Shown here piece after piece: positions 55,385-64,000 of a stretch of 64,000 nucleotides of DNA (position 1 is the first letter of the stretch; each line of letters opens with the position of its first letter). The position numbers were made by a program, and so were the translations under genes. The notes beneath the pieces were generated by a model. The model saw only the letters and a program-made list of their open reading frames with translations. It was not told where the DNA came from and made no database searches. Source of the stretch: an uncultured Bacillales bacterium (lineage in GTDB: Bacteria; Bacillota_I; Bacilli_A; RF39; UBA660); the NCBI GenBank assembly GCA_946534345.1, contig CAMNCL010000001.1:16485-80484 (forward strand), given 5' to 3'.

Positions 55385-57331
55385 ATGAAGAATATCGAGA
55401 AATCAGTTGTAAATTTTATCAAAGGCAAAGGGCCAATTGTAAGTAATGATATTATTTGTACTTATGCCGCAAAGAATGCTAAACAGGCTGATGAAGTAAT
55501 CGATATTCTTTTTAATGTTATAAATGATGAAGTAGATACAGTAACTGGTATTGAATCATTAGAAAGAGTTAGAGAATTATTTAAAAGTATAAGTGTAGTT
55601 TTAAGTACTAATGATTTAATAGATAGAAAAAAAGTTGCGAGAAAGATAAATAAATTAGATGAAAAAATAGATCGTATTGAATTAGAAAATAAAAATAAAT
55701 TTGTTGATGAAAAAAATGCTATTAATGAGTTGGAAGCTGTTAGAAGTGAATTAGATAGCATTGAAGGAGAAACAGTTGTTAAAGATACTAAACAATATGA
55801 TTTAATTAATTATTTAACAGAAGAGAAAAAAGATATAAATTATATAGAATATACTTTTAAGAAGATGCCTACTTTAGTAAATGCTAGAGATAAAAAAGAT
55901 GTTTCTCTATTTAGAAATATAGTTAAAAAATATATTCAAAGTATTAAAGATGAAGATAATGAAAATGCTCTTTATTATAATAATTTAATATCATTAATAC
56001 TTTCTCAAAGAAGTTTTAATTTAAGTACACAAGAAAAAAGACAAACACTTAATTTAGTATATTCCGCAATAGATAGATTAAGTATTAAGAAAAGTTATGC
56101 TAAAAAGAATAAAGCTAAAATAGACTGGTTAAATAACTTAGCTGATATTATTAAAGGTGATGAATCTAAAGATACTAGAATTGAATTACTTGCTAATAAA
56201 TATAATATCTCAGTATTCTTTAATGAAGATATTTTAGATAAAGCAAGATTAGTAAAAGTAACTGATAAAGATCATAATATAAGAGAATATGTAGATGAAT
56301 ATATAATCACAATTGATGGAGATAATGCAGTTGAAATAGATGATGCCCTAAGTTGTAGAATGCTTCCTAATGGTAATTATTTATTAGGTGTACATATAGC
56401 TTCAGTATTAGGTTATTTTCCCTATCATGATGAAATAGTAAATGAAGCAATAGGTAGAGGAAGATCTATTTATTTATCTAATAAATATCAAACTAAAGAG
56501 AATGATTATAATAGAACAATACCATTATTTCCATATGAGTTTTCAGCTAAAACTGGTTCATTAATTACAGGTATTCCAAAATTAGCTAGAAGTTATTTCT
56601 TTGAAATAGATAGTGAAGGAAATATCGTTAATGAAACTTTTCAAAAGACAATAATTGAGAGTAATAGACAAACTACTTATAAAGAAATAGATAAAGTATT
56701 AAAACATGGTTCTAAAGATAAAGAGTTACAAGATACAGTATTTAACTTACAAAGAGTAACTGAACTATTAGATAGAAAATATAAAGGTGGAGACCAAGTA
56801 TATGAAAATATAAAAGCTAGTACTGATGATTTATCTGATTTAAGAGTACAAAAGATTGGTTCTGAAAAAATAGTTTATCAATGTATGTTATTAACAGGTA
56901 ATAGAGTAGCTGAGTTTTTTGCAGATAATAATTATCCATGTTTATATAGAGTTCATAGTGTTAATCAATCAGATAGTCAGAAATTACAAGCTTTGATAGA
57001 TAGTTTAACTAAGACATATGGAGGAGAACAATATAGTAAGTTATATCAATTAATTGAAGGTATTTATCCTAAAGGTTGGTATGATGTAGAAGGTTCTCAT
57101 GATGGATTAGGATTAGATCATTATTGTCATTGTACTTCTGCTTTAAGACGTAGTGCAGATATTGTAGTAGAACATGCTTTAGAAGTTTGTTATGACGATA
57201 ATCCTAAAGATAAAGAATTAGTAAAACTAGAAGAAGAAGTGGCTAGAAGAAAGAATGAAATAAATAGTAAATTAGATCCAATAGAATGGTTTGGTAAAGA
57301 CTATAAAAGAGCTTATCAAAAAAGGAGATAA
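55385..57331 (+). CDS. RNB-domain (RNase II/R family) protein with an unrecognised ~300-aa helical N-terminal region; no CSD or S1 domains
   Basis: ITIDGDNAVEIDDALS, GVHIASV, RGRSIYL...IPLFP, HCTSALRRSADIVVEHAL correspond to RNB motifs I-IV. Confidence 0.7.
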   Translation: MKNIEKSVVNFIKGKGPIVSNDIICTYAAKNAKQADEVIDILFNVINDEVDTVTGIESLERVRELFKSISVVLSTNDLIDRKKVARKINKLDEKIDRIELENKNKFVDEKNAINELEAVRSELDSIEGETVVKDTKQYDLINYLTEEKKDINYIEYTFKKMPTLVNARDKKDVSLFRNIVKKYIQSIKDEDNENALYYNNLISLILSQRSFNLSTQEKRQTLNLVYSAIDRLSIKKSYAKKNKAKIDWLNNLADIIKGDESKDTRIELLANKYNISVFFNEDILDKARLVKVTDKDHNIREYVDEYIITIDGDNAVEIDDALSCRMLPNGNYLLGVHIASVLGYFPYHDEIVNEAIGRGRSIYLSNKYQTKENDYNRTIPLFPYEFSAKTGSLITGIPKLARSYFFEIDSEGNIVNETFQKTIIESNRQTTYKEIDKVLKHGSKDKELQDTVFNLQRVTELLDRKYKGGDQVYENIKASTDDLSDLRVQKIGSEKIVYQCMLLTGNRVAEFFADNNYPCLYRVHSVNQSDSQKLQALIDSLTKTYGGEQYSKLYQLIEGIYPKGWYDVEGSHDGLGLDHYCHCTSALRRSADIVVEHALEVCYDDNPKDKELVKLEEEVARRKNEINSKLDPIEWFGKDYKRAYQKRR

Positions 57332-57432
57332 GCTCTTTTTTTTTTACATACTTTTACAAAAAAACATATTGTTTATTGTATATTAATACTACAAAATGTA
57401 TAATCAAAGTAAATAAGATAGTAGGTGATTAT

Positions 57433-58782
57433 ATGAAAATGAAGAAAATATTTGTATTATTAGTTGTATTGTTTATGCCTTTTATGGTAAGTGCTAAGAC
57501 ATGTGATACAAGTAAAATAACAATCGACTCTATTAATCTTGATAATAAATCTAATACAGTAAGTGAAATAACTCCCGCAACAGCCAGTGGAAAGAATGTT
57601 AATCTAGATTTAGCTATGTCTAAAAAAGGAGATAATATTCAATATAAAATTGTTATAAAAAATGATTCTGATGAAGATTTTGAAATAGATAGTAATAGTT
57701 TAGGACTAAATTCTAACTATGTAACATATACTATTGATGCTGGAGATGACAATATTGTAAAAGCTAATTCAACAAAGACAGTACAATTAAGAGTAGAGTA
57801 TACTAGTTTAGTACCTGCAAATGAATATAAGTCAGGAGTATATAAAGATAGTAAAGACTTAGTAGTTAATCTATCAAATGGAAGACAAATACTAAGTAAT
57901 CCAGAGACAGGTAGGAATATACTATTCTATACTTTATTAATAGGAGGATTAACTATTGGTACTTATATTGCGATTAGAAAGAAAAAACATAGTTTAATGG
58001 TAATACTATTAATAGGTATTATTACAGTACCTGCGAGTGTTTATGCTTTATGTAAATGTGAATTAAAAGTAAATTCTAAAGTTGCAATTCAACAAACTAA
58101 TTTTACAGGAGTAATATATAGAAACAATACTGAAGAATTATATCCAGGAGATTCTATTCTCCCTTACGAATCATGGTATATATATAATGAATTAATTAAT
58201 AAAGTGTACAGGATGGTAAGATTTGATACTAAAGAAGAATGTGAAGATTTTGTAGAAGATAGATTTACTATAGATATTAGTGGAGTTATACAAAAGGAGA
58301 AAACTATGTTTCTGCCTAAAGAAAGTTTTGTATGTAAATCAACCATAACAGGAGCTGGTGATTACGTAACAAAAGCAAGTGATTTAAATAAGAATTACTA
58401 TATTAGAAATGAAGTGGAAAATGATATAGTAACCAAGGCTCAAGTTTGCTTCTTCACAACAAAAGAAGTTTGTTTAGATCCTGAGGAGAAAGATTATGTA
58501 AATAATTACAATTTAATTCAAGGACAATCTAGTTGGTTTGAAGGAAAAAATGGAGAATGTCATTTCAGCTTAGAGAACAGTTATAATGGGTGCTTTTCTG
58601 ATACATTAGGGGCAGTGATTTATCGAGATGGATATCCATTTAATGTTATTGCTGGAATTAAGCCTCAAGAAAGAAAGTATTGTACAGCATTTTTCTGTGG
58701 CTTAGATCCAGAAGAATTTACGATTGCACCAGGTGAATTCCCAGATGATGATGGAACAGGAGGATCAGAAAGAACAGAGTAG
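57433..58782 (+). CDS. bipartite surface protein: signal peptide + beta-rich module + NPETG/TM/RKKKH, then a second signal-peptide-like TM + Cys-rich module
   Basis: ATG 57433 after TAGGTGA. MKMKKIFVLLVVLFMPFMVSA. Internal ...LSNPETGRNILFYTLLIGGLTIGTYIAIRKKKHSLMVILLIGIITVPASVYALCKC... at 57898-58050. Confidence 0.55.
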   Translation: MKMKKIFVLLVVLFMPFMVSAKTCDTSKITIDSINLDNKSNTVSEITPATASGKNVNLDLAMSKKGDNIQYKIVIKNDSDEDFEIDSNSLGLNSNYVTYTIDAGDDNIVKANSTKTVQLRVEYTSLVPANEYKSGVYKDSKDLVVNLSNGRQILSNPETGRNILFYTLLIGGLTIGTYIAIRKKKHSLMVILLIGIITVPASVYALCKCELKVNSKVAIQQTNFTGVIYRNNTEELYPGDSILPYESWYIYNELINKVYRMVRFDTKEECEDFVEDRFTIDISGVIQKEKTMFLPKESFVCKSTITGAGDYVTKASDLNKNYYIRNEVENDIVTKAQVCFFTTKEVCLDPEEKDYVNNYNLIQGQSSWFEGKNGECHFSLENSYNGCFSDTLGAVIYRDGYPFNVIAGIKPQERKYCTAFFCGLDPEEFTIAPGEFPDDDGTGGSERTE

Positions 58783-58804
58783 GTTTTAATTCCTACTCTT
58801 TTGT
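58776..58804 (+). terminator. intrinsic terminator
   Basis: AGAGTAGG-TTTTAATT-CCTACTCT followed by TTTT. Confidence 0.7.
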
Positions 58805-58808
58805 TTAA

Positions 58809-58837
58809 TTGACAAAAACACCATTTTTTAGTATAAT
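58809..58837 (+). promoter_or_regulatory. consensus sigma-A promoter for the M23 peptidase gene
   Basis: TTGACA 58809-58814, 17-nt spacer, TATAAT 58832-58837. Confidence 0.7.
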
Positions 58838-58863
58838 AAGCATCACTTTTTGGAGGGCTTATT

Positions 58864-59658
58864 ATGGGAGAGGTAAAAAGAAATATTATTAAGATTATTT
58901 CTTTGGTATTTGTAGTTTGTGCTATTGCACTACAAGTTACAAATAATATGTCAAAAGAAGAATTATATGATGATATTAGTTTTGAATATATTAATACTAA
59001 AGATATGGCTAAGACTAAATTAGCTACTAAAGTAGATAATCAAGTTGATTTAATAGATTCAGTATTTACTGGCTCTACTAGTTCTTCTGTAGAAGAAGTT
59101 GCTCTTCCTAAAATGAATGGTTTCCAAGAAGTTGAATTTGCTGGTGTACAAAAGATAGTAGAACAACAATCAGTCCCAAAAAGAATTTGGTATTTGCCAA
59201 CAGAAATGGGTAGAGTAACTCAAAATCCTCATTATGGACATGTTGCCTTAGATATTACTAGTCCAAGAGGATCTAATGAATTAATATTCCCAGTCGCAAA
59301 TGGTAAAATATCAGGAATATATAGAGATAATGCAGGAGCTTTAATAGTTACTGTATTACATGATATTAATGGTAAGAAGTATACATCACAATATGTTCAT
59401 TTAGCTAGTTATGCTGAAGGATTGTATGTAGGTAAACCTGTAACTATAAATGATTGTTTAGGAAGAATGGGAACTACAGGTTATTCGACAGGTATACATT
59501 TACATTTAGCAGTTCTAGATTGTGCTTTATTTGATCCAAGTGATTATAATTGTCGAGACTTAAATGGATTCTTTAGATATGCTAATTATCGTTTAGGTCA
59601 AGGATATATTGGTTTAGGCACAATGATGACAGTTCCAGGTAGTTGGAATCAAAGATAA
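58864..59658 (+). CDS. M23-family (LytM/lysostaphin-type) peptidoglycan endopeptidase, membrane-anchored
   Basis: N-terminal TM IIKIISLVFVVCAIALQV. HYGHVALDI (HxxxD) and GIHLHLAV (HxH). Confidence 0.85.
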   Translation: MGEVKRNIIKIISLVFVVCAIALQVTNNMSKEELYDDISFEYINTKDMAKTKLATKVDNQVDLIDSVFTGSTSSSVEEVALPKMNGFQEVEFAGVQKIVEQQSVPKRIWYLPTEMGRVTQNPHYGHVALDITSPRGSNELIFPVANGKISGIYRDNAGALIVTVLHDINGKKYTSQYVHLASYAEGLYVGKPVTINDCLGRMGTTGYSTGIHLHLAVLDCALFDPSDYNCRDLNGFFRYANYRLGQGYIGLGTMMTVPGSWNQR

Positions 59659-59659
59659 C

Positions 59660-59688
59660 TTGCATTATTCAAAAATAAGTGTTATAGT
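59660..59688 (+). promoter_or_regulatory. sigma-A promoter with extended -10 for the thrS T-box operon
   Basis: TTGCAT 59660-59665, 17-nt spacer, TGtTATAGT ending at 59688. Confidence 0.65.
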
Positions 59689-59699
59689 GATTTAGGAAA

Positions 59700-59898
59700 T
59701 ACATTGACAAAGGACACGATTATTAATAGAGTCTTTTAGAGAGTTCATGGTAGGTGGAAATGAACAGATATATTAATAGTTACTACCTTTCGAGTAGAAT
59801 TATGAAAAGTAATTCCGGTGAAAGCCGTTATTGATTTAAGTTAAACAAAGGATGGTACCGTGCACATGCACTCCTGTACTATCCTTTTTATTTTTTTA
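59700..59898 (+). promoter_or_regulatory. T-box leader, Thr specifier (ACU/ACC)
   Basis: AGAGAG 59738-59743. GGTGGAAA 59753-59760. ACTACC at 59782-59787 (ACU followed by A). F-box CCGTTA 59825-59830. T-box AAAGGATGGTACCGTG about 59847-59862. Terminator GGATGGTAC...GTACTATCC plus a T-run to 59897. Confidence 0.85.
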
Positions 59899-59911
59899 AG
59901 GAGGTGGTTAA

Positions 59912-60634
59912 ATGACCGATACTGATACTTTTACCAGATACAAAGAACAAAAGGCAATCTTTGAACATGAATTGAATCATCAAGCTAGATTATTAGAAAA
60001 AAGAACTGATAGTAATGGTTTTAAAGGATCTAGAGAGTATCAAAAGAACTTAACTAAATTACAAAAAGAATTCAAAAAATTATTGAAGTCATTTACCCAA
60101 GTAAGAGATAATAGTGTTTCTTTAGATAAATATAGTCAAGAATTAAAAGCTATTAGAAAATATACAACTACTGTGGAAGGATTTATTAAAATAGCTAATA
60201 CTTCTTATATGCGTACCGGTATGCCTAAAGAAGATACAGATATCTATGATTATTTTAGTGAAATAGATTCAGATACTTCTTATATTTGTAAATTTCTTAA
60301 AAACAATAGTCAAGTAATTGGCTTAGAGGAAGAAGAGGTTATTTCACTAATACATAAAGTTTTAAATAGTAAAAAAGAAACTACTAAAAATATTATTAGA
60401 AGTACTATTAAAAAGCCTAAAATTGAATTAGACTTTAAAGATGTTAATAGTGGTGAAATGTTACACAAACTTAGAAGTGAACAAGTGACTATAAAGTATT
60501 TACTTAGAGAAGAAACAGATTATGATACTATTAGAGATTATGAAGAAAGATTATTAATATTAGAAGAAAAAATAAAATTAACTAGAAAAGGATTAACTAG
60601 AGAAAAATCAGAAAAGAGAGGAATGAGAAAATGA
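59912..60634 (+). CDS. hypothetical helical/charged protein encoded between the T-box leader and thrS
   Basis: Strong RBS AAGGAGGTGG. Begins MTDTDTFT. ATGA overlap with the thrS start. Confidence 0.5.
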   Translation: MTDTDTFTRYKEQKAIFEHELNHQARLLEKRTDSNGFKGSREYQKNLTKLQKEFKKLLKSFTQVRDNSVSLDKYSQELKAIRKYTTTVEGFIKIANTSYMRTGMPKEDTDIYDYFSEIDSDTSYICKFLKNNSQVIGLEEEEVISLIHKVLNSKKETTKNIIRSTIKKPKIELDFKDVNSGEMLHKLRSEQVTIKYLLREETDYDTIRDYEERLLILEEKIKLTRKGLTREKSEKRGMRK

Positions 60635-62397
60635 TAAATATTAAAGAAGATGAAAAGTTAAATGTATTAAACCACTCTTGTGCTCACTTACTTGCACAAG
60701 CAGTAAAACATTTATATCCAAATGCTAAGTTTTGGGTAGGACCAGTAATAGAAGAAGGTTTCTATTATGATATTGATTTAGGTGATGAAGTTATTACTGA
60801 AGAAGATTTACCTAAAATTGAAAAAGAAATGAAAAAGTGTTCTAAAGATAATAAGAGAATTGTTCGTGAAGAAATATCTAAAGAAGAAGCTTTAGAAAAG
60901 TTTAAAGATGATCCATATAAAGTAGATTTAATATCTAGAATGGATGAGAATGAAGTAGTTATTTCAATGTATACTCAAGGTGACTTTACTGATTTATGTC
61001 GTGGGCCTCATGTTGAATCTACTAAGTTATTAAAGAATTTTAAATTATTAAAGGTTAGTGGAGCTTATTGGAAAGGTGATGCTCATAACAAGATGCTTCA
61101 AAGAATTTATGGTATTTGTTTTGAAAATCCTGAAGATTTAGAAGCTCACTTAAAAGCACTTGAGGAAGCTAAAGAAAGAGATCATCGTAAGATTGGTAAA
61201 GATTTAGGAATCTATATGATGAGTGATTTAGTAGGTAGAGGATTACCTATGTATTTACCTAATGGATTTATTCTTTGGAATAAGTTAGAAACTTATATTA
61301 GAGATAAAGAGATTGCCAGAGGATATTTACATGTACAAACTCCACCACTAGGTAATGTTGAATTATATAAAACATCTGGACATTTAGATCATTATAAGGA
61401 TGCAATGTTCCCTATTATGCAAGTAGAAGATGAAGAATATGTTCTACGTCCAATGAATTGTCCACATCATATGGTTATGTATGGAAATGAACTACATTCA
61501 TATAGAGATTTACCATTAAGAATAGCAGAGATTGCTAGAGACTGTAGATATGAAGCAAGTGGAGCTTTAAAGGGAATTGAAAGAGTACGTACTTTCTGTC
61601 AAAATGATTCACATATCTTCTGTACTCCTGATCAAATAGAAGAAGAATTCAAAGGAGTAGTAGATTTAATTCTAGAATGTTATAAAGAATTAGGTATTAC
61701 TGATTATAGATTTGAATTAAGTCTTAGAGATCCAGAAGATAAGGTTAAATATCATCAAGATGATGAAATGTGGGATAAGGCAGAAGATATGTTAAGACAA
61801 GTTCTTAATGATTTAAAAATTGAATATGTAGAAAAAATAGGGGAAGCAGCTTTCTATGGACCAAAATTAGATGTTCAATTAAAACCAGCTGTTGGTAATG
61901 AAATAACTGTTTCTACTTGTCAATTAGATTTCTGTTTACCAGCTAAGTTTGATTTAACTTATGTTGATAAAGATGGATCTAAGAAGACTCCAGTAGTTTT
62001 ACATAGAGCAGTATTTGGTTCAATTGACAGATTTATTGCTTATTACTTAGAAGAAACTAAGGGAATCTTACCATTATGGTTAGCTCCTAAACAAATATGT
62101 GTTATTCCAGTAAATTCTGAATATCAAGGAGATTATGCTAAAGAAGTAACTGAAAAGTTAGAAAAAGAAGGATTCAGAGTATTCTTAGATGATCGTAATG
62201 AAAAACTAGGTTATCGTTTAAGAGAATCTCAAACTAAGAAGATTCCATATACTTTAATCTTAGGAGATAATGAAAAGAATGATAAGACAATTAGTTATCG
62301 TTTATTTGGAGAAAAAGAGACAACTACATTATCTTGGGATGAATTCTTAAAACAAGTAAAAGATGAAGTAGATAATAAGAAATTATTTAAGAAGTAA
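60631..62397 (+). CDS. thrS: threonyl-tRNA synthetase (no N-terminal TGS domain)
   Basis: Starts at the editing domain (LNHSCAHLLAQAVKHLYP). Class II motifs (RDHRKIGK, MNCPHHM, FRVRTF.QNDSHIF, GEAAFYGPKLD). Anticodon-binding domain. 588 aa. Confidence 0.95.
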   Translation: MINIKEDEKLNVLNHSCAHLLAQAVKHLYPNAKFWVGPVIEEGFYYDIDLGDEVITEEDLPKIEKEMKKCSKDNKRIVREEISKEEALEKFKDDPYKVDLISRMDENEVVISMYTQGDFTDLCRGPHVESTKLLKNFKLLKVSGAYWKGDAHNKMLQRIYGICFENPEDLEAHLKALEEAKERDHRKIGKDLGIYMMSDLVGRGLPMYLPNGFILWNKLETYIRDKEIARGYLHVQTPPLGNVELYKTSGHLDHYKDAMFPIMQVEDEEYVLRPMNCPHHMVMYGNELHSYRDLPLRIAEIARDCRYEASGALKGIERVRTFCQNDSHIFCTPDQIEEEFKGVVDLILECYKELGITDYRFELSLRDPEDKVKYHQDDEMWDKAEDMLRQVLNDLKIEYVEKIGEAAFYGPKLDVQLKPAVGNEITVSTCQLDFCLPAKFDLTYVDKDGSKKTPVVLHRAVFGSIDRFIAYYLEETKGILPLWLAPKQICVIPVNSEYQGDYAKEVTEKLEKEGFRVFLDDRNEKLGYRLRESQTKKIPYTLILGDNEKNDKTISYRLFGEKETTTLSWDEFLKQVKDEVDNKKLFKK

Positions 62398-62417
62398 TAT
62401 TAATTACTTCTTTTATT
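62391..62417 (+). terminator. intrinsic terminator after thrS
   Basis: GAAGTAAT-ATTA-ATTACTTC followed by TTTTATT. Confidence 0.7.
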
Positions 62418-62466
62418 GACTTGATATAATATTTAGTCTAAGATAATTACTCAAGAGGGTATAAAT

Positions 62467-62991
62467 ATGGAAACTTTAGAAGAGATGATTGATGAATATG
62501 AAGCCTATGGTTTAGTAGATAATTATAATAGTAGTATGGATAATATTATTACGTATTTAAAAAACGAAATAGCCGGGAATAACGAAAGCTTTGTATTCTT
62601 TAATAAGAATTATAAGGATAATAAAAGTTTCTTAAAGAAAATAAAAGAAATTATTTCTAATCCAGAAAAATATGAAAAGACTAGTAAAATAATTGGTGAG
62701 TGTCAAATGCTTACTATTTTACAAAATAAATATTTAGAAACTCTATTAGAGATAATTGATGAAGATAATTTAAAAGAGATAGCTAAGTTAGTAGATTTCT
62801 TAAGTTATTATTATCAAGAATCAATTGTTCATTTAGAAAGACAATTATATGCTTTAGAGGATATTTATGATGATTTCTTCTTTGGTGGAAATAAGTATGA
62901 ACAAAGACAAGTGGCTTTTAATGAATTTATGGAACATAAACTTAATGAGTTAAAAGGTGTCAAATCTATAGAAAAAAGTCATAAAATATGA
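62467..62991 (+). CDS. hypothetical protein
   Basis: RBS GAGGG upstream. No recognised motif. Lies upstream of dnaG. Confidence 0.45.
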   Translation: METLEEMIDEYEAYGLVDNYNSSMDNIITYLKNEIAGNNESFVFFNKNYKDNKSFLKKIKEIISNPEKYEKTSKIIGECQMLTILQNKYLETLLEIIDEDNLKEIAKLVDFLSYYYQESIVHLERQLYALEDIYDDFFFGGNKYEQRQVAFNEFMEHKLNELKGVKSIEKSHKI

Positions 62992-63024
62992 TATTATATA
63001 TAAGTAGTTGAAGGTGGCGGTAAG

Positions 63025-64000
63025 GTGAATCATGATCTAGCTAATGAAATACGTAGTAAAGTAGATATTGTTGATATCATCGGTGAGAGAATACCGTTAG
63101 TTGCGAAGGGCAAGAATTTCTTTGGAGTTTGCCCTTTTCATGATGATACAAATCCTTCGATGAGTGTATCAAGAGAAAAACAAATATATACTTGTTTTTC
63201 TTGTCATGCGACTGGTAATGTTTTTACATTCTTAATGAATTATGAACATATAGATTTTAAGGAAGCACTTAAATACTTAGGAGATAAAGTTGGTGTTGAT
63301 ACTGGTAGTGTTAAGATAGCCAAGAAGAGTACTAAGTTTGATAATTTATATGATGCTTATAAGTTATCTTTAAAATATTATCAAAATAATTTACATAGTA
63401 ATTATGGACATCAGGCTAAGAAGTATTTAGCTAGTAGAAATATAGATGAAGCAACTATTAAAGAGTTTGAAATTGGTTTATCTCTAGATAAAAGAGATGA
63501 TTTAACTAAATTACTTACTAGTAAAGATTATGATTTAGCTACACTAAATAGAATTGGTTTAACTTCAGACAATCATGATATTTATAATAATCGTATTATG
63601 TTTCCACTATATGATATTAATGGAAGAGTAGTAGGTTTTAGTGGTAGAAGATATGATGATATTAAAGATAATAAATATGTTAATACTAAAGAAACTCCTA
63701 TCTTTAAAAAGGGAGAAATGTTATATCACTATCATATTGCTCGTGAAGAATGTAGAATAAAGAAATCTGTTATTGTAATGGAAGGATTCATGGATGTAAT
63801 TAGAGCTAGTACTATTGGTATTAAGAATACTATTGCTTTAATGGGTACAGCCTTAACAAAAGAACAGATTAATTTAATTAAAAGATTATCTAATAATATT
63901 ATTTTATGTTTAGATGGAGATGCTCCTGGAGTTAATGCTGCCCTAAATAATGGAGAATTATTATTAAATAGTGGAATAGAAGTAAAAGTAGTAGAATTAC
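63025..64000 (+). CDS. dnaG: DNA primase DnaG, N-terminal part (continues beyond the window end)
   Basis: Not in ORF track (open at the edge). GTG 63025, 8 nt after GAAGGTGG. CHC2 zinc finger GVCPFHDDTNPSMSVS...YTCFSCHATGNVFTFL. TOPRIM beginning (VIVMEGFMDVI...LDGDAPG). Confidence 0.9.
   Translation, partial: MNHDLANEIRSKVDIVDIIGERIPLVAKGKNFFGVCPFHDDTNPSMSVSREKQIYTCFSCHATGNVFTFLMNYEHIDFKEALKYLGDKVGVDTGSVKIAKKSTKFDNLYDAYKLSLKYYQNNLHSNYGHQAKKYLASRNIDEATIKEFEIGLSLDKRDDLTKLLTSKDYDLATLNRIGLTSDNHDIYNNRIMFPLYDINGRVVGFSGRRYDDIKDNKYVNTKETPIFKKGEMLYHYHIAREECRIKKSVIVMEGFMDVIRASTIGIKNTIALMGTALTKEQINLIKRLSNNIILCLDGDAPGVNAALNNGELLLNSGIEVKVVEL

Noticed and set aside
1-64000. A scan for CRISPR arrays, rRNA genes, IS elements, prophage genes, and evidence for UGA-as-Trp recoding.
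   Set aside because: No regularly spaced direct repeats, no rRNA-like sequence, and no transposase or phage hallmark proteins were recognised. The conserved genes (valS, polC, infB, pnp, thrS) read through completely with the standard code and use TGG for Trp.

Overview
Very AT-rich chromosomal segment of a low-GC Firmicutes type. Evidence for that: a PolC-type replicase, two T-box leaders, and the blocks rpsU-yqeY...ybeY-dgkA-cdd-era-recO and rimP-nusA-ylxR-infB-rbfA...rpsO-pnp. Nearly all genes lie on the + strand; only four CDS are on the - strand. I support about 60 real CDS, including two at the window edges that the ORF track misses (a SEDS gene at 1..964 and dnaG at 63025..64000). I also support 2 tRNAs (Ala-UGC, Thr-GGU), 2 T-box leaders (Val, Thr), several near-consensus sigma-A promoters and many intrinsic terminators. 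I saw no rRNA, CRISPR array, transposase, integrase or prophage genes. Most content is housekeeping: valS, radC, mreCD, polC, infB, pnp, smc, def, ftsW/rodA, comEA/comEC, dnaI, thrS, dnaG. The most system-like accessory element is a compact double-glycine peptide export locus at 10.7-13.5 kb, inserted between tRNA-Thr and rpsU. It holds a C39-peptidase ABC exporter with unusual ATPase motifs, a small single-TM protein, and two overlapping GG-leader peptides. One of these peptides is below the ORF-track cutoff. The two share a paralogous leader, GxxxG motifs and a C-terminal CxxE. Other items worth a second look:
- a VanY-TruB fusion ORF
- extra ORFs wedged between each T-box leader and its aaRS gene
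- a thrS that lacks the TGS domain
- an RNB-domain protein without CSD/S1 domains next to dnaI
- four predicted surface proteins sharing an [NVT]-P-x-T-x sorting-like signal, one of them internal to a bipartite protein
- a Cys-less membrane-anchored PTS-EIIB-like protein
- a kinase-like ORF after smc
Functional calls come from motif recognition by eye. No database search was run.
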